NCBI GenBank assembly: GCA_964511155.1
Contig: CAZEEJ010000004.1
Location: 1,160 to 65,159 of the forward strand
Length of the DNA: 64,000 nucleotides
Reading direction: 5' to 3'
Source: an uncultured Planctomycetales bacterium
Lineage (GTDB): Bacteria > Planctomycetota > Phycisphaerae > UBA1845 > PWPN01
The notes under the pieces were generated by a model. That model did no database searches and was not told the origin of the DNA. It saw only the letters and a list, made by a program, of their open reading frames with translations. Within the stretch, counting starts at the first letter, position 1. Each line of letters opens with the position of its first letter. This document shows positions 46,322 through 57,886 of the stretch, in pieces. Both the position numbers and the translations under genes were made by a program.

Positions 46322-47764
46322 ATGATGCCCCGTTTACTTTCCTTTGCAGCCACCCTGGTTGTCGTGGTCGTTTCGATCCAGCCCGCGCAGGCGACGAAGC
46401 CCGCCAAGCCGAACATCGTGTTCATCTTCGCCGACGATCAGTGCTTCGACACCATCCGGGCATGGGGCAATCGCGAGATCCAGACGCCAAGCCTGGACCG
46501 GCTGGTTGAGTCGGGCGTCAGCTTTACCCACACCTACAATATGGGCGCATGGTCGCCGGCCGTCTGCATGCCGAGTCGGGCCATGATCAATACCGGCCGG
46601 TTCCTGTGGCGCACCGAGCCGCGAGACGGGCAGCGCGAAGACCTGCGCTTCTTCCAGGAAGGCAAGCTCTGGTCGCAGCTCCTCGCGCAGGGCGGTTACG
46701 ACACGTACTTCACCGGCAAGTGGCACATCGCGCCCGACCCGTCCAAGGCATTCCGGTTCACGCGACACGTCCGTCCGGGCATGCCCAAGGACGCGCCGCA
46801 AGGCTACAACCGCCCGCTGGAGAATGAGCCGGATCCGTGGACGCCGTGGGACCCCGAGTTCGGCGGGTTCTGGGAGGGAGGCAAGCACTGGAGCGAGGTG
46901 CTGCGCGAGGATGCGTGTGCCTTCCTCGATCAGGCCGCCGGGCGCGACCAGCCGTTTTTCATGTACCTGGCCTTCAACGCCCCCCACGACCCGCGACAAT
47001 CGCCACGGGAGTATGTCGAGCGCTATCCGGTGGACCACATCAGCCTGCCGGTGAACTTCCTGCCGGCCTACCCGTTCGCGGCAGACATCGGCTGCGGCCC
47101 GGACCTTCGTGACGAGCGACTGGCCCCGTTCCCGCGCACGCCCCGGGCCGTGCGGGTCCATCGGCGCGAGTATTACGCGATTATCACGCACCTGGACACG
47201 CAGATCGGCCTGATTCTCGACCACCTCGAGCGGCTCGGCCTGCGCGAGCGCACCTATGTGCTCTTCACCGCCGATCACGGGCTGGCGGTGGGCCAGCATG
47301 GGCTGATCGGCAAGCAGAACCTCTTCGAGCACAGCATGCGCGCCCCGCTGATGATCGCCGGTCCCGGCATCCCCGCCGGGCGGCGCATCGACACGCCCGT
47401 GTACCTGCAGGATGTGATGCCCACCTCGCTCGAACTGGCCGGCGTCAGCCCACCCGAGCACGTCGAGTTCAAGAGCCTGCTGCCGCTGGTGGACGGCCGG
47501 CACGAGCGCTCGTACGAGGCCATCTACGGCGCGTACCTGGATCTGCAGCGCGCGGTCATCCAGGATCACCACAAGCTCATCCTGTATCCCGGGATCGGCA
47601 AGACGCTGCTGTTCGACCTGGCCAACGATCCGCACGAGATGAACAACCTGGCCGATGATCCCGCCCAGAGAATGACCATCCAACGTCTCTTCGCGACCCT
47701 GCGAGAGCTGCAGCCGGAAACGGGTGACCGTCTCGACCTGAAGACCGCGTACCCGGACCTGTGA
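46322..47764 (+). CDS. Secreted formylglycine-dependent sulfatase
   Basis: Start at the ATG at 46322 (RBS gggaggag). Signal peptide. PNIVFIFADDQ and the CMPSR (C-x-P-x-R) motif. Confidence 0.9.
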   Translation: MMPRLLSFAATLVVVVVSIQPAQATKPAKPNIVFIFADDQCFDTIRAWGNREIQTPSLDRLVESGVSFTHTYNMGAWSPAVCMPSRAMINTGRFLWRTEPRDGQREDLRFFQEGKLWSQLLAQGGYDTYFTGKWHIAPDPSKAFRFTRHVRPGMPKDAPQGYNRPLENEPDPWTPWDPEFGGFWEGGKHWSEVLREDACAFLDQAAGRDQPFFMYLAFNAPHDPRQSPREYVERYPVDHISLPVNFLPAYPFAADIGCGPDLRDERLAPFPRTPRAVRVHRREYYAIITHLDTQIGLILDHLERLGLRERTYVLFTADHGLAVGQHGLIGKQNLFEHSMRAPLMIAGPGIPAGRRIDTPVYLQDVMPTSLELAGVSPPEHVEFKSLLPLVDGRHERSYEAIYGAYLDLQRAVIQDHHKLILYPGIGKTLLFDLANDPHEMNNLADDPAQRMTIQRLFATLRELQPETGDRLDLKTAYPDL

Positions 47765-47806
47765 GAAGCGGCAGAGGAAGGGAAATGTAAGCGTACACGC
47801 GGTCCG

Positions 47807-47940
47807 CACTGCTCAAAGAGCAGTGGCACACCGTAGCGGCCGCCCCCTGCGGCGGCCGGGCACCGGCGAGACGCCGGTGCCACACCGCCCGCTGCCACAC
47901 CGCCCGCTGCCACACCGCACTGCTCAAGGAGCAGTGGCAC
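47807..47940. repeat. Two family-B hairpins (inverted orientation) flanking a perfect 10-bp hairpin and GCCACACCGCCCGCT 15-mer repeats
   Basis: cactgctcaaagagcagtg (47807..47825). ggcaccggcg-aga-cgccggtgcc (47859..47881). Tandem gccacaccgcccgct. gcactgctcaaggagcagtggcac (47917..47940). Confidence 0.75.
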
Positions 47941-48094
47941 ACGGTGGCGGCCGGGCACCGGCGGGACGCGGTTCGACCGAGCTCGCCGAGGTCCGGTGCC
48001 ACACCGCCGGGGCCACACCACGGTCCCCTATTCGCCGCCCGGAAAGTCGGCTACACTGACCGGCCGACATGAAAACCGGAGACCGACCAACGCG

Positions 48095-49897
<1,803 letters not shown>

Positions 49898-49909
49898 GGA
49901 TCAAGAGCG

Positions 49910-50287
49910 TCACGGCTCCACGATCACCGTGGCGTCGCGCATCTCCACCGGGTGCTCGCGGCAGAAGTACGTGAACGTGCCCTCGTCCTCGAATGTGTGC
50001 TCGAAGCTGCCGCCCCAGAACAACGTCGGCGAGTTGAACGCGCTGCCGGCATCCGCATCCTCCGGGTTGCCCGAGCTCACCGAATGCAAGAGCAGGTCCT
50101 CGTTCACCCAGCGGACCTTCTCACCCACGCGGATGGTGACCGACGCGGGACTGAAAGCCATACCCCTCATGCGAACGGTCGCGGCCGCGTCCCCGTCGTC
50201 GGGAGGGCCTTCGGGGCAACCCACCAGCAGGACAGACAAAACAGCCATGACCGCCATGGACATCCATCCACTGCGTCTTTTCAACAT
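49910..50287 (-). CDS. Cupredoxin (plastocyanin/azurin-like type-1 copper) lipoprotein
   Basis: Lipobox LLVGC (RBS ggagga). Copper ligand pattern H…C-x2-H-x4-M (LLHSV… YFCREHPVEM). Confidence 0.8.
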   Translation of the reverse strand: MLKRRSGWMSMAVMAVLSVLLVGCPEGPPDDGDAAATVRMRGMAFSPASVTIRVGEKVRWVNEDLLLHSVSSGNPEDADAGSAFNSPTLFWGGSFEHTFEDEGTFTYFCREHPVEMRDATVIVEP

Positions 50288-50355
50288 GGGATTCCTCCAT
50301 TCCGTGTTGCGGCGGATGCATCGGGCGGGTGCCCTGCTCCGCCTGGAATTTGGCG

Positions 50356-51687
50356 TCAGGGCGGCACAACCCGCAGAACCTCGCCCGTAACCCCTGACGG
50401 TCCGCTCATCATCGAGGTGAGCAAATAGACCTCACCCGCGGCATCCTGCCCGAATCCCAGAAGGTACCGACCCAAACGCTCGCCGGCAGCACCGGCGATG
50501 CCGACGAAGGCCATTTCCCAACTCCCGTCCAGTTGCTCGGTGGCCAGGAAGAGCGAGCCATCCGGTTCGGGAAACGACGTGGACCAATCCCCGAAGATGT
50601 ACGCGCCGTCGAGGTCCGGCAACGCCGCCCCCCGGTAGACGTAACCGCCGATCACGGCCACGCCGATCAGGTTGGCGGCCTCGTCCACATGACGGTAGAC
50701 GATGATCGGATCGATCAGCGGCTCGCCCTCCGCCCCCGTGGTCGGGCACTCGTCGGGCGGCTCCGTCGGCGAATCAGGGTCGAAGCAGCGGCGGCCTTCT
50801 CGGATGTTCCAGCCATAGTTGCCCCCCGCCGTGATCAGGTTGACCTCTTCGAACAGCGCCTGCCCCACGTCGGCGCAGAACAGCCGCTCCGGTCGCCCCA
50901 CATCGAACGAGAAGCGCCACGGATTCCGCAGGCCGAATGCGTAGACCGCCGCCGCGTCCCCGCCCTCGCCCACGAAGGGATTATCCGCGGCCGGGGTCAA
51001 CTCCCCGACGTCGCCGAGCTCGTAACGGAGGATCGTGCCCAGCAGGTTGCTGCGATCCTGGCCGTTGCCGAGCCCGGGGGTATGGCCGAAGCCCGTGTCG
51101 TTGGCTCCTCCGCCGTCCCCGAGGCTGACGTATAGCCTGCCCTCGGCATCAAAAGCCAGTTGCCCGCCGTTGTGTGTGGCCTGGGGCTTGAGAACCTCCA
51201 GGAGAATCGTCTCGCTGGCCGAATCGGCCAGGTCCGGATCGTCACCCGAGACCGTGAACTCCGACAGCCGCCAGCGGCAGTTGAAGCCGGCGGGATCGTC
51301 ATCCCGCAGCGGGGCGTTGTAGACCACGAAGAATCGCGCATTTTCCGCGTAGTCGGGATGGAAGGCCATCGACAGCAGACCACGCTCGTCAAAGAAGGGG
51401 TTGATCGCGACCATCCGATCACGAACATCCAGGAACGGCTCCGCCAGAAGCCCGGCTGGCCCGATGATCCGGATCACGCCGATCTGGTCGACGACGAAGA
51501 GCCGTCCCGAAGCATCCGGCGGAACGGCCAAACCCACCGGACTGGACAGGCCGTCCGCGACCACCTCCACGCCCAGGATCATATCCGGCGGCGGGGGCGT
51601 TAACAGAGGACAGCCCGCCAGCAGGCCAAGGATCGCCAGGCAGCAGCCCCCTTTCAACGCATGGTCGGTAATCCCATAGAGAGGCAT
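50356..51687 (-). CDS. PQQ-dependent sugar (glucose/sorbosone) dehydrogenase-like beta-propeller lipoprotein
   Basis: ORF trimmed to the ATG at 51687 (lipobox LLAGC). ERGLLSMAFHPDY, HNGGQLAFDAEGRLYVSLGDGG, GLRNPWRFSFD. Confidence 0.85.
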   Translation of the reverse strand: MPLYGITDHALKGGCCLAILGLLAGCPLLTPPPPDMILGVEVVADGLSSPVGLAVPPDASGRLFVVDQIGVIRIIGPAGLLAEPFLDVRDRMVAINPFFDERGLLSMAFHPDYAENARFFVVYNAPLRDDDPAGFNCRWRLSEFTVSGDDPDLADSASETILLEVLKPQATHNGGQLAFDAEGRLYVSLGDGGGANDTGFGHTPGLGNGQDRSNLLGTILRYELGDVGELTPAADNPFVGEGGDAAAVYAFGLRNPWRFSFDVGRPERLFCADVGQALFEEVNLITAGGNYGWNIREGRRCFDPDSPTEPPDECPTTGAEGEPLIDPIIVYRHVDEAANLIGVAVIGGYVYRGAALPDLDGAYIFGDWSTSFPEPDGSLFLATEQLDGSWEMAFVGIAGAAGERLGRYLLGFGQDAAGEVYLLTSMMSGPSGVTGEVLRVVPP

Positions 51688-52122
51688 GATTCGGCTCCGG
51701 TTACGAGAAAGAGCACACCGGCTCGCACGTTGCCAAGATTGTAGCGCCACCGTGGCCTATGACCGCCTCGATTGTCACGAGAGAATTCAGCTCACGAAGC
51801 GTGCACTCCGACCGATCCGAGCCACAACCGCGGCTCGGGTGCAGTCTTCTTCTGCCCGCCCGGCCCTCGTCTGTTAAATCACCGGTCTCAGGGCTTGCCC
51901 GGCCACACGGGCTGAGGTACAATCCCATGTGATTGGGAGTTTCCTCTGCCGTACCCGCCGGGTTTCGCCGGCCTCCCCAGCGGTCAACACTGCCTGGCTG
52001 AGGGTTGTCATCGTGTGTCCCGACCACCCGCCTGGCATAGCCTCCCCGCTGTTGACCCCGCCGACTGAGAACCGGTGCCACAGAGGGAAGCTCGGAATAC
52101 TTTCTTACCGGGAGTTGTCCTC

Positions 52123-52785
52123 GTGGCTCGCGTATTGCTTATCCATCACGACGCGCTGATCCTCCGCAGCCTTGCTGCCACCCTCCAACACCGGCACGAG
52201 TTCGCCGCGATTGACAACCTGGTGAAGGGTGTCAAGGCCATCGCCACGCTCAAACCGGATGTCATCATCGTCGGCCATGACCGCAAGAAGCAGGAGGGCG
52301 CACGCCTGCTGCACTTTTTACGCGAGAATACGATTCGTATTCCGGTCATCGTCGTGGTTTCGGCCGGCGGCGGCGTCGCCCAGCCCTTGCTGACCAAGCT
52401 CGGCGCCAGGGGCCTGCTGGAGTACCCGGTCAGCGAACACGAGATGAACCAGGCCATCGAGGCCGCCCTCCAGGCCCGCGCGACCGAGCTGCTGGGCCCC
52501 CGCCCCATCACGCAAGAAGAACTCAACAGCAACCTCTCCATGCTCGAAAGTTCCCTCAACCGCGACATGAAGTGCTTCGCCGGCCGGAACCAGGTCTACC
52601 TGCAGTCGACCATCCTGGGGGTCGGGGTCCGAACCCGACCGCGGATTGCCCTCCGCTGTGCCCTGCGGGCCGAGTACGGGCTGGATCGCGACGTCTACTA
52701 CGAATACATCCGCGACGTCTGTTGCCGCGACCCGGACCAGTGCGAAGCCGTCCAGCGATTCAAAGCCGGCCGGGAGAGCGCTTGA
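52123..52785 (+). CDS. Degenerate receiver-domain (pseudo-response-regulator) protein with an unassigned C-terminal domain
   Basis: Start tentatively at the GTG at 52123 (gggag 8 nt upstream). It is CheY-like in layout (VLLIHHD…DVIIVGHD…IPVIVVVSAG…) but the usual DD, phospho-acceptor D and K positions are not all conserved. Confidence 0.55.
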   Translation: MARVLLIHHDALILRSLAATLQHRHEFAAIDNLVKGVKAIATLKPDVIIVGHDRKKQEGARLLHFLRENTIRIPVIVVVSAGGGVAQPLLTKLGARGLLEYPVSEHEMNQAIEAALQARATELLGPRPITQEELNSNLSMLESSLNRDMKCFAGRNQVYLQSTILGVGVRTRPRIALRCALRAEYGLDRDVYYEYIRDVCCRDPDQCEAVQRFKAGRESA

Positions 52786-52860
52786 AACCAGCGGTCCACC
52801 AGGCCCCTCGAAGACCCTTAAACCCAGAGCATACAAAGGATTACATCCGCGGAAAGCGAA

Positions 52861-52932
52861 CCCAGGGATAACCGGCCCGCCAGCACTGCCCGCATGATCC
52901 GGACGACCCCTGCCGGGCCGGTTATCCCTGGG
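52861..52932. repeat. Family E copy 2 (19-bp perfect arms, 34-nt spacer)
   Basis: cccagggataaccggcccg (52861..52879) and cgggccggttatccctggg (52914..52932). The spacer is approximately the reverse complement of the copy-1 spacer. Confidence 0.9.
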
Positions 52933-52940
52933 CTTGCCCG

Positions 52941-53048
52941 ACTCCTGATCCCCGACCCCCGATTCCCGGAAACCCGGGGGACTTGCGTCCCCGGCTCGTG
53001 CGTCCCGATGCCCGATCGCCGATCCGCGACTCCCAATCCCCGATTCCA
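52941..53048 (-). repeat. Family D heptad array, C-rich on the + strand (G-rich strand is minus), degenerate
   Basis: actcctgatccccgacccccgattcccgg…cccgatgcccgatcgccgatccgcgactcccaatccccgattcc. It is adjacent to family E, as in the 27.4-kb copy, but the whole unit is inverted. Confidence 0.75.
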
Positions 53049-53078
53049 GGCCCCCTGGTCGCACCCCGTTCCCGCCGC

Positions 53079-53107
53079 TTGACAGGCAATGCTAAGGTCG
53101 CTATGTT
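53079..53107 (+). promoter_or_regulatory. Sigma-70-like promoter candidate for the rpmF-plsX-fab operon
   Basis: TTGACA (53079-84), a 17-nt spacer, then TATGTT (53102-07), about 175 nt upstream of the rpmF ATG. Confidence 0.35.
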
Positions 53108-53281
53108 TCGCGGGTTGCGCCAAGAGGCTTGCATTAGCGGCTCCCCGCGCGGCGCCGATCATTGCAAGCCTCTTCTTTGATGGCCAACGGCCGGCAGACC
53201 CGGCGTACTTACGTGAGCTTCCTGTCCGGCGGCAACGGCGCCGTCGGCGGTGAGGGCTCTTATCGCTTACTGGGGAATCGC

Positions 53282-53467
53282 ATGTTACCGGTTCGTAAGA
53301 CCCCCAAGGCCCGCAAGCGACAACGTCGCTCGCATCACGCATTGAGCAGGCCCAACCTGGTGGCCTGTCCCAAATGCGGCGTCGCCAAGCGGCCCCACGC
53401 AGCCTGCGAGAACTGCGGCTACGTCACCAGCCGAGTCGCCCTGCCTCTCAAGGAGCAGGAGAGCTAA
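53282..53467 (+). CDS. rpmF: 50S ribosomal protein L32
   Basis: ORF trimmed to the ATG at 53282. 61 aa. [10 protein letters not shown]…CPKCG…H..C..CG zinc ribbon. Confidence 0.93.
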   Translation: MLPVRKTPKARKRQRRSHHALSRPNLVACPKCGVAKRPHAACENCGYVTSRVALPLKEQES

Positions 53468-53472
53468 CAGCC

Positions 53473-54489
53473 ATGCGTATCGGCGTCGATGCCATGGGCG
53501 GGGACTACGCGCCGCGGGAGATCGTCCGCGGCGTGGTTGAAGCTCTGCCCGCGCTCAACGGCCACGAGGTAGTGCTCGTCGGCGACCAGCAGGCCATCCA
53601 GGCAGAGCTGTCCCGGCTCCCCCCGTATGACGGCCCCCTGAGCATCGTGCACGCGGCGGAAGTCATCGGGATGAATGAGTCCCCGGTCGAGGCCGTCCGC
53701 ACCAAGAAGGACTCCTCGATCTGCCGCATGGTCAAAATGGCCGGCGACGGCGAGCTGGACGCGGTGATCAGTGCCGGGAATACCGGGGCATTCGCCGCCG
53801 CCTCGCAGTTACGCATGAAGCTCCTGCCGGGCATCTCGCGCCCCGGCGTAGCGGTGGTGCTGCCATCCTTCTACGGGCCCATCGTGCTGTGCGACGCCGG
53901 CGCCAACATCGCCCCCAAGCCGCACCACCTGCTGCAGTACGCGATCACCGCCGGGGCCTACGCCCGATACGTGCTGAAAGTGGATCGCCCCCGCGTGGCC
54001 TTGTTGTCCGTCGGTGAGGAAGACGCCAAGGGCACCACCCTCGTCAAACAGGCCCACGAGTTGCTGCGGGTCAGCCCAAGCATCAACTTCGTCGGCAACT
54101 TCGAGGGCCGCGACCTGTTCCGCGGCGGGTGTGACGTGGTGATTTGTGACGGCTTTGTCGGGAACATCGCCCTCAAGCTCATCGAAGGCCTGGCCGAGGG
54201 CCTCTTCAAGATCATCTCGAAGGAGATCTTCCTGGCCAGCCCGGAACTGGCCAAGAGCTTCGAGCCGGTCGTCAAGCGTGTCTGGGCCAACCACGATTAC
54301 GCCGAGTACGGTGGAGCCCCCCTGCTGGGAGTGGACGGAACCTGCATTATTTGTCACGGCAGCAGCAATTATTTCGCCATCCGCAACGCGGTCCGGGTGG
54401 CTACTGAATATCTCGAGAGCGATCTGAACGCGATCATTGCCGCGGAGCTGGCCAAGGAACCCGCCGCCGTCAGCCAGGCGAGCCCGTAA
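53473..54489 (+). CDS. plsX: Phosphate acyltransferase
   Basis: MRIGVDAMGGDYAP…SAGNTGA…ICHGSS. Confidence 0.95.
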   Translation: MRIGVDAMGGDYAPREIVRGVVEALPALNGHEVVLVGDQQAIQAELSRLPPYDGPLSIVHAAEVIGMNESPVEAVRTKKDSSICRMVKMAGDGELDAVISAGNTGAFAAASQLRMKLLPGISRPGVAVVLPSFYGPIVLCDAGANIAPKPHHLLQYAITAGAYARYVLKVDRPRVALLSVGEEDAKGTTLVKQAHELLRVSPSINFVGNFEGRDLFRGGCDVVICDGFVGNIALKLIEGLAEGLFKIISKEIFLASPELAKSFEPVVKRVWANHDYAEYGGAPLLGVDGTCIICHGSSNYFAIRNAVRVATEYLESDLNAIIAAELAKEPAAVSQASP

Positions 54490-54499
54490 GAAGCTTTTC

Positions 54500-55495
54500 A
54501 TGATGAAACAGCGATTGCCCTTTGTTATCCGGGGTTTGGGCACCGCCCTACCCGACCGGGTCATGACCAATGCCGACTTCGAGAAGTTCCTCGATACCTC
54601 GGATGAGTGGATCCAGACACGGACCGGCATCCGCGAGCGGCGGATCTGCGGGGAAGGGGAGAACACCCTGACCCTGGCGGTCACCGCCTCGCGCAGGGCC
54701 CTCGAGCGGGCGAAGCTCACGCCCGGTGACCTGGACCTGATCATCGTGGCTACGAGTACGCCTTATGCCCCGATCCCGGCCACCGCCTGCTTCCTGCAGC
54801 GCGAGCTGGGTTGCCGGCACATCCCCGCCTTCGACCTGGCCGCCGCGTGCAGCGGGTTCGTCTACGCTTACGTCTGCGCAGTGCAGATGATGACCTCCGG
54901 GCAGTACCGCCACGTGCTGGTCATCGGGGCGGAGGCCATGTCCGCGGTCACCGATTTCCAGGATCGTGGGATCTGCATCCTGCTGGGGGATGGCGCCGGA
55001 GCAGCCGTCCTCGGACCTGCCGACGACAATGTCGGGGGTCTTTACGATCATCTGCTCGGGGCGGACGGCGGCGGAGCGGAGTTGATCTGGATTCCGGCCG
55101 GCGGCTCACGGCAGCCCGCCACCGCGGCGACGGTGGATGATCGGCTGCACTACCTCAAAATGCAGGGCCGCGAGGTCTACAAGTTCGCCGTCACGAAGAT
55201 GCAGGAGGTCATCCAGGGAGCGATCTCGCGGGTCGGCTTGCCGATCGAGGATCTCGCCTTGGTCGTTCCCCATCAGTCCAATGCCCGCATCATCGAGTCG
55301 GCCGCCCAAAAGCTCAGGATTCCCATGGAGAAAGTGGCCCTGAACATCGACCGGTGCGGGAACACCTCGGCGGCTTCGATTCCTCTGGCTCTCGAGGAGG
55401 CCGTCAGCCGGGGGCAGGTCCGCAAAGGCGACTGGGTGCTCCTGGCGGGGTTTGGCGGAGGACTGACGTGGGCTTCGGCGCTGCTGCGCCTGTGA
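54500..55495 (+). CDS. fabH: 3-oxoacyl-ACP synthase III
   Basis: TSDEWIQTRTGIRERR, active-site Cys in DLAAACSGFVYA, HQSNARI, GNTSAASIP. Confidence 0.95.
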   Translation: MMKQRLPFVIRGLGTALPDRVMTNADFEKFLDTSDEWIQTRTGIRERRICGEGENTLTLAVTASRRALERAKLTPGDLDLIIVATSTPYAPIPATACFLQRELGCRHIPAFDLAAACSGFVYAYVCAVQMMTSGQYRHVLVIGAEAMSAVTDFQDRGICILLGDGAGAAVLGPADDNVGGLYDHLLGADGGGAELIWIPAGGSRQPATAATVDDRLHYLKMQGREVYKFAVTKMQEVIQGAISRVGLPIEDLALVVPHQSNARIIESAAQKLRIPMEKVALNIDRCGNTSAASIPLALEEAVSRGQVRKGDWVLLAGFGGGLTWASALLRL

Positions 55496-55557
55496 GTTGG
55501 AGTAGCTTGGGGGCCTCGGCCTTGGCCGGGCCCTTCACGAGAGTAGGACGACCAGCG

Positions 55558-56508
55558 ATGCCTCAAACCGCCATCCTGTTCACCGGGCAAGGCGCCCAGT
55601 CCGTGGGCATGGGCCGAGAGTTCGCCGAGCGTTGGCCGGCGGCCGCTCAGACCTTTGACCAGGCCAACGACCTCCTGGGATACGACCTGCGCCAGCTTTG
55701 CTTCGAGGGGCCCGCCGACCAGCTCGAGCGGACGGATATCCAGCAGCCCGCGATTTACACCACCAGCGTCGCCATCTGGCGGGCCATGAACGAGGGCCGC
55801 GACCTGCCCGAGGTCCCGGTCGCGATGGCCGGCCTGAGCCTCGGCGAGTACACCGCCCTGTACGCGGCCGGGGCGATGACCTTCGAGGCGGGCCTGCAAC
55901 TGGTGCGACGGCGGGGCGAACTCATGCAGGCCGCCGCCCAGGCCATCCCCAGCGGCATGGTCAGCATCATGGGCCTGAGCCCCGAAGACGTCGACGCCCT
56001 CTGCAAGGCCGTGATCGAGGGAGCACCCGCCGGGGCCGTGCTCGTGCCCGCCAACTACAATTGTCCGGGCCAGATCGTGGTGTCCGGCACCCGGGACGCC
56101 TGCGAGCAGGTCGTTCCCCTGATCGACAAGGCCGGCGGGCGGGCCATCCCCCTCAAGGTAGCCGGGGCGTTCCATTCTCCGATCATGCGGCCTGCCGCCG
56201 AGGGACTCGCCCAGGTTCTGGCCCAGACCGCCCTGGAGGAGCCCCAGGTACCGGTTGTGGCCAACGTTAATTGCAGAAACCACACCGATGCCGGTACTAT
56301 TCGGCAGTGGCTCACCGACCAGTTGACCCATCCGGTCCGCTGGCAGGCCTCCGTTGAGCGACTGCTGGGCGAGGGAGTGGAACGGTTCATCGAAATCGGC
56401 CCGGGCAGGGTGCTGGCCGGCCTGATGAAAAAGATCTCGCGGGCGACGCCGGTGGTGAACGTGAGCACGGCGCCGAGTCTGGAGGAGTGTGTAGCCGCGA
56501 CCCGGTAA
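55558..56508 (+). CDS. fabD: Malonyl-CoA:ACP transacylase
   Basis: ILFTGQGAQSVGMG, GLSLGEY, AGAFHSPIM. Confidence 0.95.
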   Translation: MPQTAILFTGQGAQSVGMGREFAERWPAAAQTFDQANDLLGYDLRQLCFEGPADQLERTDIQQPAIYTTSVAIWRAMNEGRDLPEVPVAMAGLSLGEYTALYAAGAMTFEAGLQLVRRRGELMQAAAQAIPSGMVSIMGLSPEDVDALCKAVIEGAPAGAVLVPANYNCPGQIVVSGTRDACEQVVPLIDKAGGRAIPLKVAGAFHSPIMRPAAEGLAQVLAQTALEEPQVPVVANVNCRNHTDAGTIRQWLTDQLTHPVRWQASVERLLGEGVERFIEIGPGRVLAGLMKKISRATPVVNVSTAPSLEECVAATR

Positions 56509-56572
56509 CCGGAAGCGGCTGGTGATAGCGATGGGAGCCCATGGCACGCAACAGCAGTGGAAGGAAGAGCTC

Positions 56573-57319
56573 ATGCCCCTGGCCAAGCAGATAGCCATCG
56601 TCACGGGTGCCAGCCGCGGCATCGGGCGGGCGATCGCCCTCAAGCTGGCGGAGCAGTCGGCCACGGTCATCGCCGTCGCCCGCTCCGAGCAGAAGCTGGC
56701 GGATCTCGCCGAACAGGCCCGCAAGGCCGAACTGCCCGGGACCATCGTGCCCCGGACCCTTGACCTGACTCAGCGTGGCCTGATCGACGCTTTCGTCGAG
56801 CAGGCGGCGGATGAGTTCACCCGCCTGGATATCCTCGTCAATAACGCGGGCATCACCCGGGACGGCCTGCTGCTGAACATGGAGGACGAGGACTTCGAGA
56901 CGGTTTTGACCACCAACCTCCGGTCCGTCTTCTGGATCACCCGGTCGGTCAGCCGCTACATGGTGCGGGGACGTTACGGCCGTATCATTAACATCGGCAG
57001 CGTTTCCGGTATCATGGGCAACCCGGGCCAGAGCAATTACGCCGCCGCCAAAGCCGCCTTGATGGGCTTCAGCAAGACGGTGGCCAAGGAACTGGCCCGC
57101 CGTAACGTGACCTGTAACGTGGTGGCACCCGGATTCATCACGACGGACATGACCGCCGTGCTGCCGGACAAGTACAAGGAGGGTCTCAAGCCGCTGATCC
57201 CTTGCCAGAAGTTCGGCGAGCCCGACGACATTGCCGCCGCGGTGGCCTTCCTGGCCTCCCCCGCGGCGGGTTACATCACCGGGCAGACCCTGGCCGTGGA
57301 TGGAGGACTGAGCATGTGA
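56573..57319 (+). CDS. fabG: 3-oxoacyl-ACP reductase
   Basis: VTGASRGIGRA, NNAGITRD, SNYAAAKAA. Confidence 0.95.
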   Translation: MPLAKQIAIVTGASRGIGRAIALKLAEQSATVIAVARSEQKLADLAEQARKAELPGTIVPRTLDLTQRGLIDAFVEQAADEFTRLDILVNNAGITRDGLLLNMEDEDFETVLTTNLRSVFWITRSVSRYMVRGRYGRIINIGSVSGIMGNPGQSNYAAAKAALMGFSKTVAKELARRNVTCNVVAPGFITTDMTAVLPDKYKEGLKPLIPCQKFGEPDDIAAAVAFLASPAAGYITGQTLAVDGGLSM

Positions 57320-57440
57320 AGCGGCGGAACGACCGCCCTTCGTCGATCAGATACGCCGGACAGGGTCGTCCTCCCGATCGGGGGGCTCCTCGACGGCTTT
57401 CGCGGGCAACAATACAGGCACAACATAGGAGGAAGTCCTG

Positions 57441-57695
57441 GTGACCCCCGAGGCAATTGAAGACAAAGTGTTTACCATCGTCAGTGAGCAGATGGCCATT
57501 AACAAGGCCGAGATCACGAGAGAAACCTCGTTCATCAACGATTTGAACGCGGATTCCCTCGACATCGTCGAGTTGGTCATGGAGTTCGAAGACAACTTCG
57601 ACATGAGCATACCCGACGAGGAGGCGGAGAAGATCAAAACGGTCGGCCAAGCGATCGATTACATCGCCATGGTCGCCCAGCAAAACAAGGGCTGA
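57441..57695 (+). CDS. acpP: Acyl carrier protein
   Basis: GTG start with the aggagg [19 protein letters not shown] phosphopantetheine site. Confidence 0.95.
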   Translation: MTPEAIEDKVFTIVSEQMAINKAEITRETSFINDLNADSLDIVELVMEFEDNFDMSIPDEEAEKIKTVGQAIDYIAMVAQQNKG

Positions 57696-57886
57696 AGCGG
57701 ATCAGCCGGCGGAGTTCGGCGGGCTGGGATGCTGATGTGGACCAGCCCCGGTCGAAGCGTGCGACAGGCGAAAGTCCCCGGGCTTTCCCTGCCGCAAGGC
57801 GCGGATGAGTGGGCGGAGGTCGGCCGGCACGGCCCCCGGAAGCCGCCCCGCCATCCGACTGAGTGCTACAGCGGAGAAGGTTGTTC

